64,000 nt of DNA from a virus (IMGVR_UViG_3300022723_000184:137947-201946), one strand, 5' to 3'; positions 8,900 through 17,548 are shown, counted from the stretch's first letter. A program made the numbers and translations. Notes: generated from the sequence alone by a model not told the origin.

Positions 8900-9447
8900 T
8901 GGGGATCGTGCTCAGCAACAAGTACGGGGGGAACCCTTCGATGAACCTGTGCTACTACTGCCAGAAGGAGGTCAGCGACATTCTTCTGATGGGCCGGATG
9001 CGGGACGACGCCGAAGCGCCTCGACAGATGACTTACCACATGGACCCCTGCAACAAGTGCAGGGAGTTCATGCAGCAGGGGGTCATACTGATCGAGGTCA
9101 CGAGCGAAGAGGAGATGGTGAAGGTCGAGCAGGAGCAGCGGGAGTGGCAGAACCAGTATGGTTACCTCCCCGACCGCAAGAAACCGTTCCCCGGCTACTT
9201 CATACCGAACCCGACGAGAGCGGGCGGCTGGTGGGTGGTCAAGGACGACCTCATCCGCCGCACCATCGGGCGGGAGATGGCCGACTACATCATCAAGCAC
9301 CGCTGGTGCTTCTTGCCGACGGAAGCGGCCAAGGCCCTAGGCCTGCGAGACGAGGAAGGAGTCATTACGACGTGTTCAAACGACTCTGGCGAAAATTCAC
9401 AGGAGCCGTCATCGGAGCCCGGCGAGTCTTCCTCGTCGACCGACTGA
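8899..9447 (+). CDS. Hypothetical protein with CxxC motifs
   Basis: ATG overlaps the previous TGA; CYYC and CNKC. Confidence 0.6.
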   Translation: MGIVLSNKYGGNPSMNLCYYCQKEVSDILLMGRMRDDAEAPRQMTYHMDPCNKCREFMQQGVILIEVTSEEEMVKVEQEQREWQNQYGYLPDRKKPFPGYFIPNPTRAGGWWVVKDDLIRRTIGREMADYIIKHRWCFLPTEAAKALGLRDEEGVITTCSNDSGENSQEPSSEPGESSSSTD

Positions 9448-9498
9448 TCGTCGTTAAAAACAACAAGGTTGTCTACGACGGGCCGTTAGGAGTGCAGG

Positions 9499-10194
9499 AT
9501 GCTTTCAGGTATTGAGATCCAGGAGGCGGTGGTCCGCCAGAACGAGTTCGAGATCGGAAAGGCCAGGCTCGACAAGGGCATTTGCCCGTTCACCGGCAAG
9601 AAGGTCGGTGAGTTCGTGCGCAGCGGTAGGGACCAAAGGCTGGACTTCCAAAACCAGGTGAAGAACCGGCCGAGGATCAAGATCGATCCGTTCAACGCCG
9701 GCCAGCTGAACCCCAACAGCTACAACGTGCGGCTGGCACCGGAACTCCTGGTGTACGACATTCCCCACCACAACCAGACGCTCGGCGGGTTTGAGGCCTA
9801 CGTCTACCCGCTCGACATGAAGCGGGCCAACCCGACCCGGGAACTGACCATCCCGCGGAGCGGGCTGATCCTGGAGCCCGGCGTGCTGTACCTGGGCAGC
9901 ACGATCGAATACACCGAGGCCCACAACGTGGTCCCCCAGCTCAACGGCCGGTCAAGCACCGGCCGCCTGGGTCTGGATGTCCATGCCACCGCGGGCTTCG
10001 GCGACGTGGGGTTCTGTGGGACTTGGACGCTGGAGATGAGCGTGATCCACCCGCTGCGTATCTACGCCGGCGTGGAGATCGCTCAGCTGGCCTACTTCGA
10101 GATCAGTCTCAGACACGAGACGTACAGGTCGAACAAGTACCAGGGCCAGCGAGAGACCCGCGCCAGCGGGATGCACAAGGACTTTGGTGGCTAA
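9499..10194 (+). CDS. dcd: dCTP deaminase (dUTPase fold)
   Basis: QLNPNSYNVRL, GRSSTGRLGL, AGFGDVGFCGTWTLE, IAQL motifs. Confidence 0.88.
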   Translation: MLSGIEIQEAVVRQNEFEIGKARLDKGICPFTGKKVGEFVRSGRDQRLDFQNQVKNRPRIKIDPFNAGQLNPNSYNVRLAPELLVYDIPHHNQTLGGFEAYVYPLDMKRANPTRELTIPRSGLILEPGVLYLGSTIEYTEAHNVVPQLNGRSSTGRLGLDVHATAGFGDVGFCGTWTLEMSVIHPLRIYAGVEIAQLAYFEISLRHETYRSNKYQGQRETRASGMHKDFGG

Positions 10195-10529
10195 TGGCTC
10201 ACTTCTATGGCACCGTCGATGGGCGGAGCCGGACGGAAGGGACCAGATGCGGGACCCGGTCATCGGGTCTCCGGACGGTGGCCGCCAGCTGGGCGGGCGC
10301 CGTACAGGTCAACCTTTACATCGACGAGAACGGGGCCGATTGCTGCGAGATCCGCTTCATCCGCTGGGAAGGTTGCGGAACCGACAAGCTGGTCTACGAC
10401 GGTCCGATCGACCCTGGTGATCAGATCTCCGACCTCCTCGACCAGATCAAGGAGGAGCGGACGCTGCATCACGAAGACATCAACAAGCCGGGTCCCCGGC
10501 GTAAGGTACGGAGAGGAGCGATCACATGA
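10194..10529 (+). CDS. Hypothetical phage protein
   Basis: MAHFYGTVDGRSRTEGTRCG; ATG overlaps the previous TAA. Confidence 0.65.
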   Translation: MAHFYGTVDGRSRTEGTRCGTRSSGLRTVAASWAGAVQVNLYIDENGADCCEIRFIRWEGCGTDKLVYDGPIDPGDQISDLLDQIKEERTLHHEDINKPGPRRKVRRGAIT

Positions 10530-10969
10530 GCGAGGACCACAACTGGAAAGTGTTGGAAGACGCGATCGACATTGCGGCGACCGGCCACCAGAAACAGATA
10601 AGGGCCGACGGTCGACCCTACATCGTCCATCCCGTAAGGATGGCGATGCGCCTGCTGCAGAAACACGGGCCGCTGCTGGCCGCGGTGGCCATGCTCCACG
10701 ACGTCGTGGAGGACACCGACTACACGCTCGACGACCTGGCCGGGCTGTTCCCGCAGCACGTGGTTAAGGCGGTCGACAACCTGACGCGGCGTGACGGCGA
10801 GACATACGATGACTTCGTCGAGCGGTGCGGGGCCAACCCCTGGTCCCGCCTAGTGAAAATGCACGACCTGCGAGACAACATGCGGGACGTGGACGAGTTC
10901 AAGCCGTCGCTCCGCAAGCGATACGACAAGGCCCTCGGCCGCCTGGAGGAGATCGATGCCCAAACATAA
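10526..10969 (+). CDS. HD-domain hydrolase, RelA/SpoT small alarmone hydrolase-like
   Basis: HQKQIRADGRPYIVHP, MLHDVVEDT, LVKMHDLRDNM. Confidence 0.8.
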   Translation: MSEDHNWKVLEDAIDIAATGHQKQIRADGRPYIVHPVRMAMRLLQKHGPLLAAVAMLHDVVEDTDYTLDDLAGLFPQHVVKAVDNLTRRDGETYDDFVERCGANPWSRLVKMHDLRDNMRDVDEFKPSLRKRYDKALGRLEEIDAQT

Positions 10970-11369
10970 GCCCGGGATCAACCCGGCCACCCTGCGGCCC
11001 TCCAAGACGGCGGCCGGCAACTTGCTGTGCCTGACGATCTCCAGGATGGTCATCGGGAACAAGGACCAGTTCGTGCGGCGAGTGCAGTTGTCGCTGTTCG
11101 ACGAGAAGACCGAGTTGTCCGTAGGCTTCGCCATGTTCCCGGAGGACCAGTTCATCGACGCCCTGGGACACCTGTTCCCTCGGGGCGAGTTGGACGGCGC
11201 CAACCTGGAAGACGGGCCGGAGGACGTCGAACAGCTCAACAAAGAGCTGGACGGCCTCAACGACCTGATCGATGGCAACGCCTTCAACAAGGACTCTGAG
11301 AGATACCGGGCCATGGCCCGGCAGGCCGAAATCCGCGAGATCCTGGCCGAACTAAGAGAAAACACATGA
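10956..11369 (+). CDS. Hypothetical protein
   Basis: 137-aa ORF in operon context. Confidence 0.6.
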   Translation: MPKHKPGINPATLRPSKTAAGNLLCLTISRMVIGNKDQFVRRVQLSLFDEKTELSVGFAMFPEDQFIDALGHLFPRGELDGANLEDGPEDVEQLNKELDGLNDLIDGNAFNKDSERYRAMARQAEIREILAELRENT

Positions 11370-11592
11370 GCCATTTTGTGGCTTTGGTGTTCACAGACCG
11401 TGAGCCCGACCAGCACAGGTTGCAGGAAAGCCGGTCGAGTTGGAGTTCGACGGCCACGGCGGCCCCGGGTCGGCCCTCGGGGGCTGGCGGATCCTGACCG
11501 AGGTCCTCTGATGACCCTGTTCTCGGAGCGGGCCACCCGAAGGGCCTACTGGGCCCTGGGTGGTCCGGAGAACAACCGCTGCTGGCGGCCGA

Positions 11593-11629
11593 GTCGCCAA
11601 CAGGCTGCTCATCGACAAGAGGATGAGAC
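11593..11629 (+). repeat. Degenerate CRISPR-repeat-like hairpin in the cas12 5' leader
   Basis: CTGCTCATCG-ACAAGAG-GATGAGAC versus array repeat CTGCTCATCG-GTTTAGAA-GATGAGAC; ends 20 nt before ATG 11650. Confidence 0.8.
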
Positions 11630-11649
11630 AAAAAAAAAAGGAATAGCGC

Positions 11650-13419
11650 ATGGGATTCAATAAGGACCCAGAGGCCCGCTGTGTGGTTTACCAGTACGGC
11701 GGCAAACATCCGACGGAAAACGAAGACGAAGCGATCAACCAGCTCGCCAAGGCGAACCGTTTTCGGAACCGGCTCGTTGAGTTGGAGCTACAACGACGTG
11801 AAGAATACCACGCTGCGTTCTCGGGTTACGGAGACCTGGCGGAGCCGTCAAATCAGCTTGAGACGCTCAACGAGCAGCTGACCGCTGCGGTGGCAGAACT
11901 TAAGGCGTGGAGACAATTGAACGGCACTCGAAGTCAACACCCGACGCTAACCCCGCAGATCGTTTCGCTACGGGCTCAGGCTCGCCAGCTACGGACACAG
12001 ATCAAGTCGATCAAGGAAGCGGCCAAAGGCGATCCTACGGTGCAGGCGGCAATCGAAAAAGCAAACCAGCAGCACCGAGATCAGACCAAAGCTGCGTACG
12101 GCGCTGTAAGAGAATCGAACCCGGAGGCCGAGGACGCCAGAGACCGGCATGGGTTGTTCTGGGGAACGGCCCTCCTAGTTCAAAGGGCAGCGACACAGTT
12201 CCAGAAGGGCCCTCCCCCGAGGTACAAACGTTTCGACGGGACGGGAACTATCGGCGTGCAGCTGCAGAACGGGATGTCTGTGGAGGATCTGTTCACTCCG
12301 GGCGGCAGCGTCTGGATTGACCCCGTTCCTCCGGAGGCCTGGGACCCGCAGACGCCGAGAGGTCAAAGGCGAAAACTCGCAAGAACGATGCTACACATGC
12401 GGATCGGCGGGAAGCCGCAGGCCTGGGTGATTCTAAAGCTACCTGTCACCGTGCACAGACCGCTGCCTGCAGGAAAACTTATCAAGTGGGTCACGGTCAC
12501 TCGGCGTAAGTACGGTTCACAGGCGCGGTGGTATGTAAACGTCACGACGGATATCAGGTCTGGTGGCACGCTTCACGATGATGTTGCGGCTGCCGGATTT
12601 GTGGGTGTCGACCTGGGTTTCAGGTTGTTCAAGCCCGCAGAAAGCAGCTCAGGCAAGCGATCGCTCCGAGTGGCTGTATGGGCCGGAGATGACGGGGAGA
12701 CAGGCGAACTTCGCCTCGACGCGAGGTTTATGTCCTACATCTCAAAGGCCGACGGTTTGAGGTCGATCCGGGACAAGCGGCTTGATCAGATCAGAGCGGC
12801 GCTGCTTCCGTTGTGTGACGAGGCGGGTACGCCGGAGTGGTGGAAAGACGACACTCAACACATGGCCAAATGGAGGTCTCCTCGAAAGCTGTATCACTTG
12901 CTCCACAAGTGGAAAGACAACAGGTGGGATGGCGACAAAACGCTGTTCGATCTGTTGGTTAAGTGGGTAGTTCAGGACCGTCACCTCCACGTGTGGGAAG
13001 CCAACAATCGCCGAAAAGTAGCGGCTCGTCGCCTGGACATGTACCGGAACCTGGCGGCCTCTTTGAGGCGCAAGTACGCGGTTATCGGGATCGAAGACAT
13101 CGATTGGCGGATCTGGAGCAAGTTGGCCCTGCCCGAAGAAGAGGAGACCAAGTCAAAGAAGTTCCGTGTTCAAAAGAAACATGCGGCGGTCGGTCTGCTT
13201 GCAGAGACGCTGTCGAATTGCGGGGCACAGGTTGTACGTTTGGATCCCGCTTACACGACGAAGCGGTGCAACGCCTGCGGCAAGATCACCGAATTTGACG
13301 CTGACCGGCACCTGCGACATACGTGCGAACATTGCCATGCGGAGTGGGACCAAGACTACAATGCGGCAAAGAACCTGCAAGACATGGCGAGCGGCAACGC
13401 CGTAACGCAAACCGCGTAG
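11650..13419 (+). CDS. cas12m: Compact type V CRISPR effector, Cas12m (V-M / V-U1)-like, 589 aa
   Basis: RuvC-I VGVD321LG, RuvC-II IGIE482D, RuvC-III DQD569YNAA; zinc finger C540/C543/C559/C562; blocks RFDGTGTIGVQLQ, LPVTVHRPLP, WRSPRKL recalled as Cas12m-like; adjacent CRISPR array. The subtype needs alignment to confirm. Confidence 0.8.
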   Translation: MGFNKDPEARCVVYQYGGKHPTENEDEAINQLAKANRFRNRLVELELQRREEYHAAFSGYGDLAEPSNQLETLNEQLTAAVAELKAWRQLNGTRSQHPTLTPQIVSLRAQARQLRTQIKSIKEAAKGDPTVQAAIEKANQQHRDQTKAAYGAVRESNPEAEDARDRHGLFWGTALLVQRAATQFQKGPPPRYKRFDGTGTIGVQLQNGMSVEDLFTPGGSVWIDPVPPEAWDPQTPRGQRRKLARTMLHMRIGGKPQAWVILKLPVTVHRPLPAGKLIKWVTVTRRKYGSQARWYVNVTTDIRSGGTLHDDVAAAGFVGVDLGFRLFKPAESSSGKRSLRVAVWAGDDGETGELRLDARFMSYISKADGLRSIRDKRLDQIRAALLPLCDEAGTPEWWKDDTQHMAKWRSPRKLYHLLHKWKDNRWDGDKTLFDLLVKWVVQDRHLHVWEANNRRKVAARRLDMYRNLAASLRRKYAVIGIEDIDWRIWSKLALPEEEETKSKKFRVQKKHAAVGLLAETLSNCGAQVVRLDPAYTTKRCNACGKITEFDADRHLRHTCEHCHAEWDQDYNAAKNLQDMASGNAVTQTA

Positions 13420-13543
13420 CCGATCGATCTGTAGTGTGTACAAGTAGTTGTGGCGGCTACGGAGGGCCGCTGCACTTCTGTCAAGGGTGCCGACGATCGA
13501 ACCGCTCGAAAACGGCCTGATAACCATGTACGCACGTGTAGGT

Positions 13544-13549
13544 TATAAT
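13544..13549 (+). promoter_or_regulatory. Sigma70-type -10 box for the CRISPR array
   Basis: TATAAT ending 7 nt before repeat 1; no clear -35. Confidence 0.55.
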
Positions 13550-13556
13550 GCCGCGG

Positions 13557-14301
13557 ATCGTAATACCTGCTCATCGGTTTAGAAGATGAGACGCGGCATT
13601 GATTGCCTTCTTGAGTTGCTGCTCCAACATCGTAATACCTGCTCATCGGTTTAGAAGATGAGACATCGCCGCATCGCTGGAAGCGGGCGTGGCGTCGGCG
13701 GATCGTAATACCTGCTCATCGGTTTAGAAGATGAGACCTTTCTCTGTGTCCGAGATAACGGGGTCACTAATGTCATCGTAATACCTGCTCATCGGTTTGG
13801 AAGATGAGACAAGCATCCGAGCAGCCGCTACAAGGACAAGATCGGCATCGTAATACCTGCTCATCGGTTTAGAAGATGAGACTAGTCGGGCAATTGCTCG
13901 AACGGCACAGAGATATCGTCATCGTAATACCTGCTCATCGGTTTAGAAGATGAGACGCTTACCGGTGGCCGAGGCCAAGGCGCGATGGAGAACATCGTAA
14001 TACCTGCTCATCGGTTTAGAAGATGAGACACGGTGGATCCGGTCGAGCGGCTGATCCTTCACATCATCGTAATACCTGCTCATCGGTTTAGAAGATGAGA
14101 CCCGGTGATCGACGCGGTCCTCGAGAACGCCGAGGACATCGTAATACCTGCTCATCGGTTTAGAAGATGAGACAAGTGGATCAGGTTCTTCTCATCGTAA
14201 TACCTGCTCATTGGTTTAGAAGATGAGACGCGGACTGCCCCGAGATGCGGCGCCGGCTGTGGGTAATCGTAATACCTGCTCATCGGTTTGGAAGATGAGA
14301 C
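13557..14301 (+). CRISPR. CRISPR array, 11 repeats of 36 nt (ATCGTAATACCTGCTCATCGGTTTAGAAGATGAGAC), 10 spacers
   Basis: Repeat starts 13557, 13629, 13702, 13775, 13847, 13921, 13994, 14066, 14138, 14194, 14266; spacers 36, 37, 37, 36, 38, 37, 36, 36, 20, 36 nt; CTCATC/GATGAG stem; 3' GAGAC end. Confidence 0.98.
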
Positions 14302-14356
14302 GAAGATGAAACAGAAGGCGAGACAACGACTTGATCGCTAAGGATGGAGAAAATAG

Positions 14357-14932
14357 ATGACGACAACCAAAAAGACCCCGCGAGACATGTTGCGGGAAAG
14401 TCTGGCCAACCACAGGCTGGTTGAGCTAGTCCGGACGACGGAGGCCGTGGTCTTCTCGCTCCAACGCGAAGGGACCAGAAACATGTCGACGATGATCACG
14501 TTCACCCGCGAGGGGATCGTGCTCCAAGGAGACCTGACGCCTCAGACCTACGGGTCGGTTAGCGCCAAAGGCTACGGCGAGCGGTGGTTCGCTAGCAAGC
14601 TCAGCGTCAGCTATCTCTGCGAGAAGTTCTTGCAGCGGAAGTTCCGCCTGGAGCTGTTCAAGCATGCTCTTGGAGATTCTGGGTGGCGGTGCGCCGCGGG
14701 GATCTCCGAGGAGAACGCCAACCAAATCGCCAGCGAGACCGAGCTGGAATGCGGGTGCGACGCCTACGGGAAGCTAATGGACCTCGGCCTCGACCCTGAT
14801 ACCGTTCCAGGCGTCGGCTACGATCCTCGGGAGGCCGACGTCCTGTGCGAGATACAACGGCGGTTCGCCGAGCTGCACCGAGAGATATACGGAGACCAGG
14901 TGCCCGAGATCCGGGTACCTGAACGATCATGA
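14357..14932 (+). CDS. Hypothetical protein
   Basis: 191-aa ORF, GGAG RBS. Confidence 0.7.
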   Translation: MTTTKKTPRDMLRESLANHRLVELVRTTEAVVFSLQREGTRNMSTMITFTREGIVLQGDLTPQTYGSVSAKGYGERWFASKLSVSYLCEKFLQRKFRLELFKHALGDSGWRCAAGISEENANQIASETELECGCDAYGKLMDLGLDPDTVPGVGYDPREADVLCEIQRRFAELHREIYGDQVPEIRVPERS

Positions 14933-15195
14933 ACCAAGAAAACCTGGCCCCATTCAGGGCCGTTATCGTGGCCGAGATCCGGACCACGCTTTCCGTTAAA
15001 GGTCTGAACGACCCACCAGAGGCCCTCGTCGACGAGCTGTTATCGCTTCCCAGGGTTGTCGAGACCAGTAACTACACGTCGCTCGACGTCGTGTTGAGCT
15101 ATGTGGGAATCGGGGAGCTGGAGCTGCGCCTGACCTCGGACAAGGTCGATATCATGAGGGTGATCCAGAAGCACGAATCTCGGGCCTCATCCTGA
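14929..15195 (+). CDS. Hypothetical protein
   Basis: 88 aa, ATGA overlap. Confidence 0.55.
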   Translation: MNQENLAPFRAVIVAEIRTTLSVKGLNDPPEALVDELLSLPRVVETSNYTSLDVVLSYVGIGELELRLTSDKVDIMRVIQKHESRASS

Positions 15196-15240
15196 CGGGT
15201 GCTCGGGGAGAAGAGATTCCACTACAGGTGCTCGGGGAAC

Positions 15241-15388
15241 ATGAAGGCGGTGTAGCGACGCCAGGGAGTGGTCGCGAAGCGACCACCGGCTTCATGTTTA
15301 TTTAGGACCTTAATACCAGCGCCCTGACGGGCTGGTGTTAGTATACTCTCTATCTAAGATAGAGAGTAGGTTTAATTAAACCTATAGG
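15241..15388. repeat. Cluster of contiguous palindromes in an AT-rich intergenic stretch
   Basis: GTGGTCGC-GAA-GCGACCAC (15268-15286); imperfect hairpin 15311-15340; TACTCTCTATCT-A-AGATAGAGAGTA (15344-15368); TAGGTTTAATTAAACCTA (15367-15384); CCTATAGG (15381-15388). Confidence 0.85.
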
Positions 15389-15394
15389 GAGATC

Positions 15395-16219
15395 ATGGTC
15401 GACACACCTTTCACCTATAAACCTATGCCATACGTCGGTCTGGAGGCTGCCAGGGAGGCGGTTCTCAAGCCGATCTTGAAGGGCATACGCAAGGAGAAGG
15501 CCCTCAAACGCCCGCTCGACGAGCAGCACGCGATGCTTCAAAAGCTGTGGCGCCTTCGGGCCTTGGTCCTTGGAGAACACAACTGGTCCCGGGCCGAGCA
15601 CGGCCGGGGCCTCCAGTACCTCCGCAACTGCCCGCCGTTCGGTGTCCACTACGGCGAGCGGAGCCGTGCCCGGCACTGTGGTGCGGTCAAGGTCTGCCCC
15701 AACTGCTTCGCGAGGCGCAATGTGATGGCCGCCTTCCGGTCAACCGAGTGGTTGTTCTATCTCAAGAACAACAAGCCGGTCATCGCCTACGACCTGGTGT
15801 GCATCCGCCGGACATGGGTTCGGGACGTGGAACTGAGCCAGGCCCTGGAGATGGGTCGGGCCAACCGGAACATGTACCTAGGCAAGTTCACGAAGCCGGC
15901 AGGGGGCATCACACTGACCACGCTGGAGCCGGCCAAGACCGGTTGGCAGCTGGCCCTGGCCACGATCGTCGCGGCCCGCGAAGAGGACCTGCCCGACCTG
16001 GGCCAGGCCGACGTCCAGCGTCTGGGTGTCGATCACATGACCAAACGCCGCATGGCCCGGATGATCGGATGGGCCATGCGCTACCCGCTGGGCATGATGT
16101 ACGGCTCTGAGGGCCGGGCAGCCCAAATGCTGACCGTGGCCGGCGAGGCCCGAACCCGTCAGCTGGTGTCTTCGGGCGCCATGCGGAACGAAGGAGTCCG
16201 GAAGATGTCTTTCCGGTGA
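15395..16219 (+). CDS. Hypothetical protein with a CxxxxxCPxC motif (Rep-like, tentative)
   Basis: RHCGAVKVCPNCFARR; GGAG RBS. Confidence 0.55.
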   Translation: MVDTPFTYKPMPYVGLEAAREAVLKPILKGIRKEKALKRPLDEQHAMLQKLWRLRALVLGEHNWSRAEHGRGLQYLRNCPPFGVHYGERSRARHCGAVKVCPNCFARRNVMAAFRSTEWLFYLKNNKPVIAYDLVCIRRTWVRDVELSQALEMGRANRNMYLGKFTKPAGGITLTTLEPAKTGWQLALATIVAAREEDLPDLGQADVQRLGVDHMTKRRMARMIGWAMRYPLGMMYGSEGRAAQMLTVAGEARTRQLVSSGAMRNEGVRKMSFR

Positions 16220-16223
16220 ATCC

Positions 16224-16237
16224 AAAAAGGACTTTTT
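16224..16237. promoter_or_regulatory. Palindrome variant AAAAAGGACTTTTT (copy 2)
   Basis: Intergenic, upstream of ORF 16271. Confidence 0.5.
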
Positions 16238-16270
16238 AGATGTCGAATCAATACAGTTGCCGGCCCGTCG

Positions 16271-16702
16271 ATGAAAGCGAGGCCCGAGATGGGTAAGCGG
16301 TCAAAATTGAAAAGACGAGTCGACGCTTGTCAAGGTGGCCAGACCTTGTTGATCTGGACCGAATCGTACAACCCGTTCCAGTTGGGTGGCTACGTTCATG
16401 GTCCGGTCGGGATCCATGTCAAGGTCGGCCAGCGACTGCCGTTGGGTAAGGGCTACTACGGTTACCTCGTGGTCAACCCGTTGAACGGTGAGACCCACGT
16501 GGCTGAGGAGCTGACCGGGGCCCTTATAGGTCCTAGCCTGGCGTCGGTCCGTAAAGACGTGGCCGCGGGTGACGGTAGGACCATGAAGAACCAGATCGAT
16601 GCGGCACTAGCTCGCAAGGCGGGGGTAGTAGTGGTCCAGGACGAAGAGGATTTTTGGCAGCGGCTGCAGCCGACTGTCGTCGACGAAAGTGAGGAGGAAT
16701 AG
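16271..16702 (+). CDS. Hypothetical protein
   Basis: 143-aa ORF. Confidence 0.6.
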   Translation: MKARPEMGKRSKLKRRVDACQGGQTLLIWTESYNPFQLGGYVHGPVGIHVKVGQRLPLGKGYYGYLVVNPLNGETHVAEELTGALIGPSLASVRKDVAAGDGRTMKNQIDAALARKAGVVVVQDEEDFWQRLQPTVVDESEEE

Positions 16703-17265
16703 TGGCCAACAACTATTGGGTCTTCAGCACCATGCTCCCGCTCGACAACAACGAGCAGAAGAATTGGTGGTTGGACCAAATGGAAGAAGTGTATTACACC
16801 GAGACCCGGGATGAGCAAGGGAAGCTCACGGAACTCGAACTGGTGGAGTGCGAGCAAGACGAGGTGCCTGAGCACGATACTGAGGTGCCCCGGATCGTTG
16901 GTGAAAGCGCACAGCGCGTTTTGACCGGCAACGGCGACGTCCACGACATCGACCTGATGGAGGCCCTGGAGTTCGGCCTCGACTTTCAGTGGAAAATGGA
17001 ACAGGACGGCGACAAGCCGGCGGTCTGGATCTATTCGGACGACGGTGGTAATGCCTACCACGCGGCCCTGGTGGTCCGTAAGATGTTCCAGCACTTTGAG
17101 CTGCCCCGCAGTTGGTGGATGACCTGGGCCACGTACTGCTCTAAGCCCCGTGTGGACGAGCAGAGCGGTGGCGCCGTCGTCGTGACCCGCGAGGGTATCC
17201 ATTGCATGGACGCCCAGACCTGGGCCAGGAACAAGGTCAAGGCCAGAGGAGAGTTCGATGGGTAG
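16702..17265 (+). CDS. Hypothetical protein
   Basis: 187 aa, GAGGAGG RBS, GTG overlapping the previous stop. Confidence 0.65.
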   Translation: MANNYWVFSTMLPLDNNEQKNWWLDQMEEVYYTETRDEQGKLTELELVECEQDEVPEHDTEVPRIVGESAQRVLTGNGDVHDIDLMEALEFGLDFQWKMEQDGDKPAVWIYSDDGGNAYHAALVVRKMFQHFELPRSWWMTWATYCSKPRVDEQSGGAVVVTREGIHCMDAQTWARNKVKARGEFDG

Positions 17266-17548
17266 ACTCAAGCCCCGTGGCCTCCCGCCGGAACCGGACG
17301 ACGACTGGAATGAGCCGGAGCTGAGCTGGGAGGACGCCGCCGAACAGTGCCAAACGATCTATGACAAGATCGAGGATGCCAGCCCAGGTCTGTGGGACCG
17401 GGCCTACGACTTTTTCGAGAGCATCCAGGAGAAGGTCAAGGACATGAAGGAGTCGATCGAAAGCCGGCGACGCGCTACGCCCAAGCAGAAGGCTGCGTTG
17501 GACAAGATGGAGGCGGGCGTCGATCGGTGGTTGGAAAACGATGAGTGA
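17258..17548 (+). CDS. Hypothetical protein
   Basis: 96 aa, overlapping operon arrangement. Confidence 0.6.
   Translation: MGRLKPRGLPPEPDDDWNEPELSWEDAAEQCQTIYDKIEDASPGLWDRAYDFFESIQEKVKDMKESIESRRRATPKQKAALDKMEAGVDRWLENDE

Noticed and set aside
11376-11663. 95-aa ORF upstream of cas12
   Set aside because: Arg/Pro/Gly-biased, no RBS, overlaps the hairpins and the cas12 start; treated as non-coding
13420-13556. tracrRNA / anti-repeat
   Set aside because: No extended complement to the repeat seen; the region looks like a leader with a -10 box
13593-14265. Self-targeting spacers
   Set aside because: Only short partial matches (about 13 nt or less) found by eye in the window; the rest of the genome was not available
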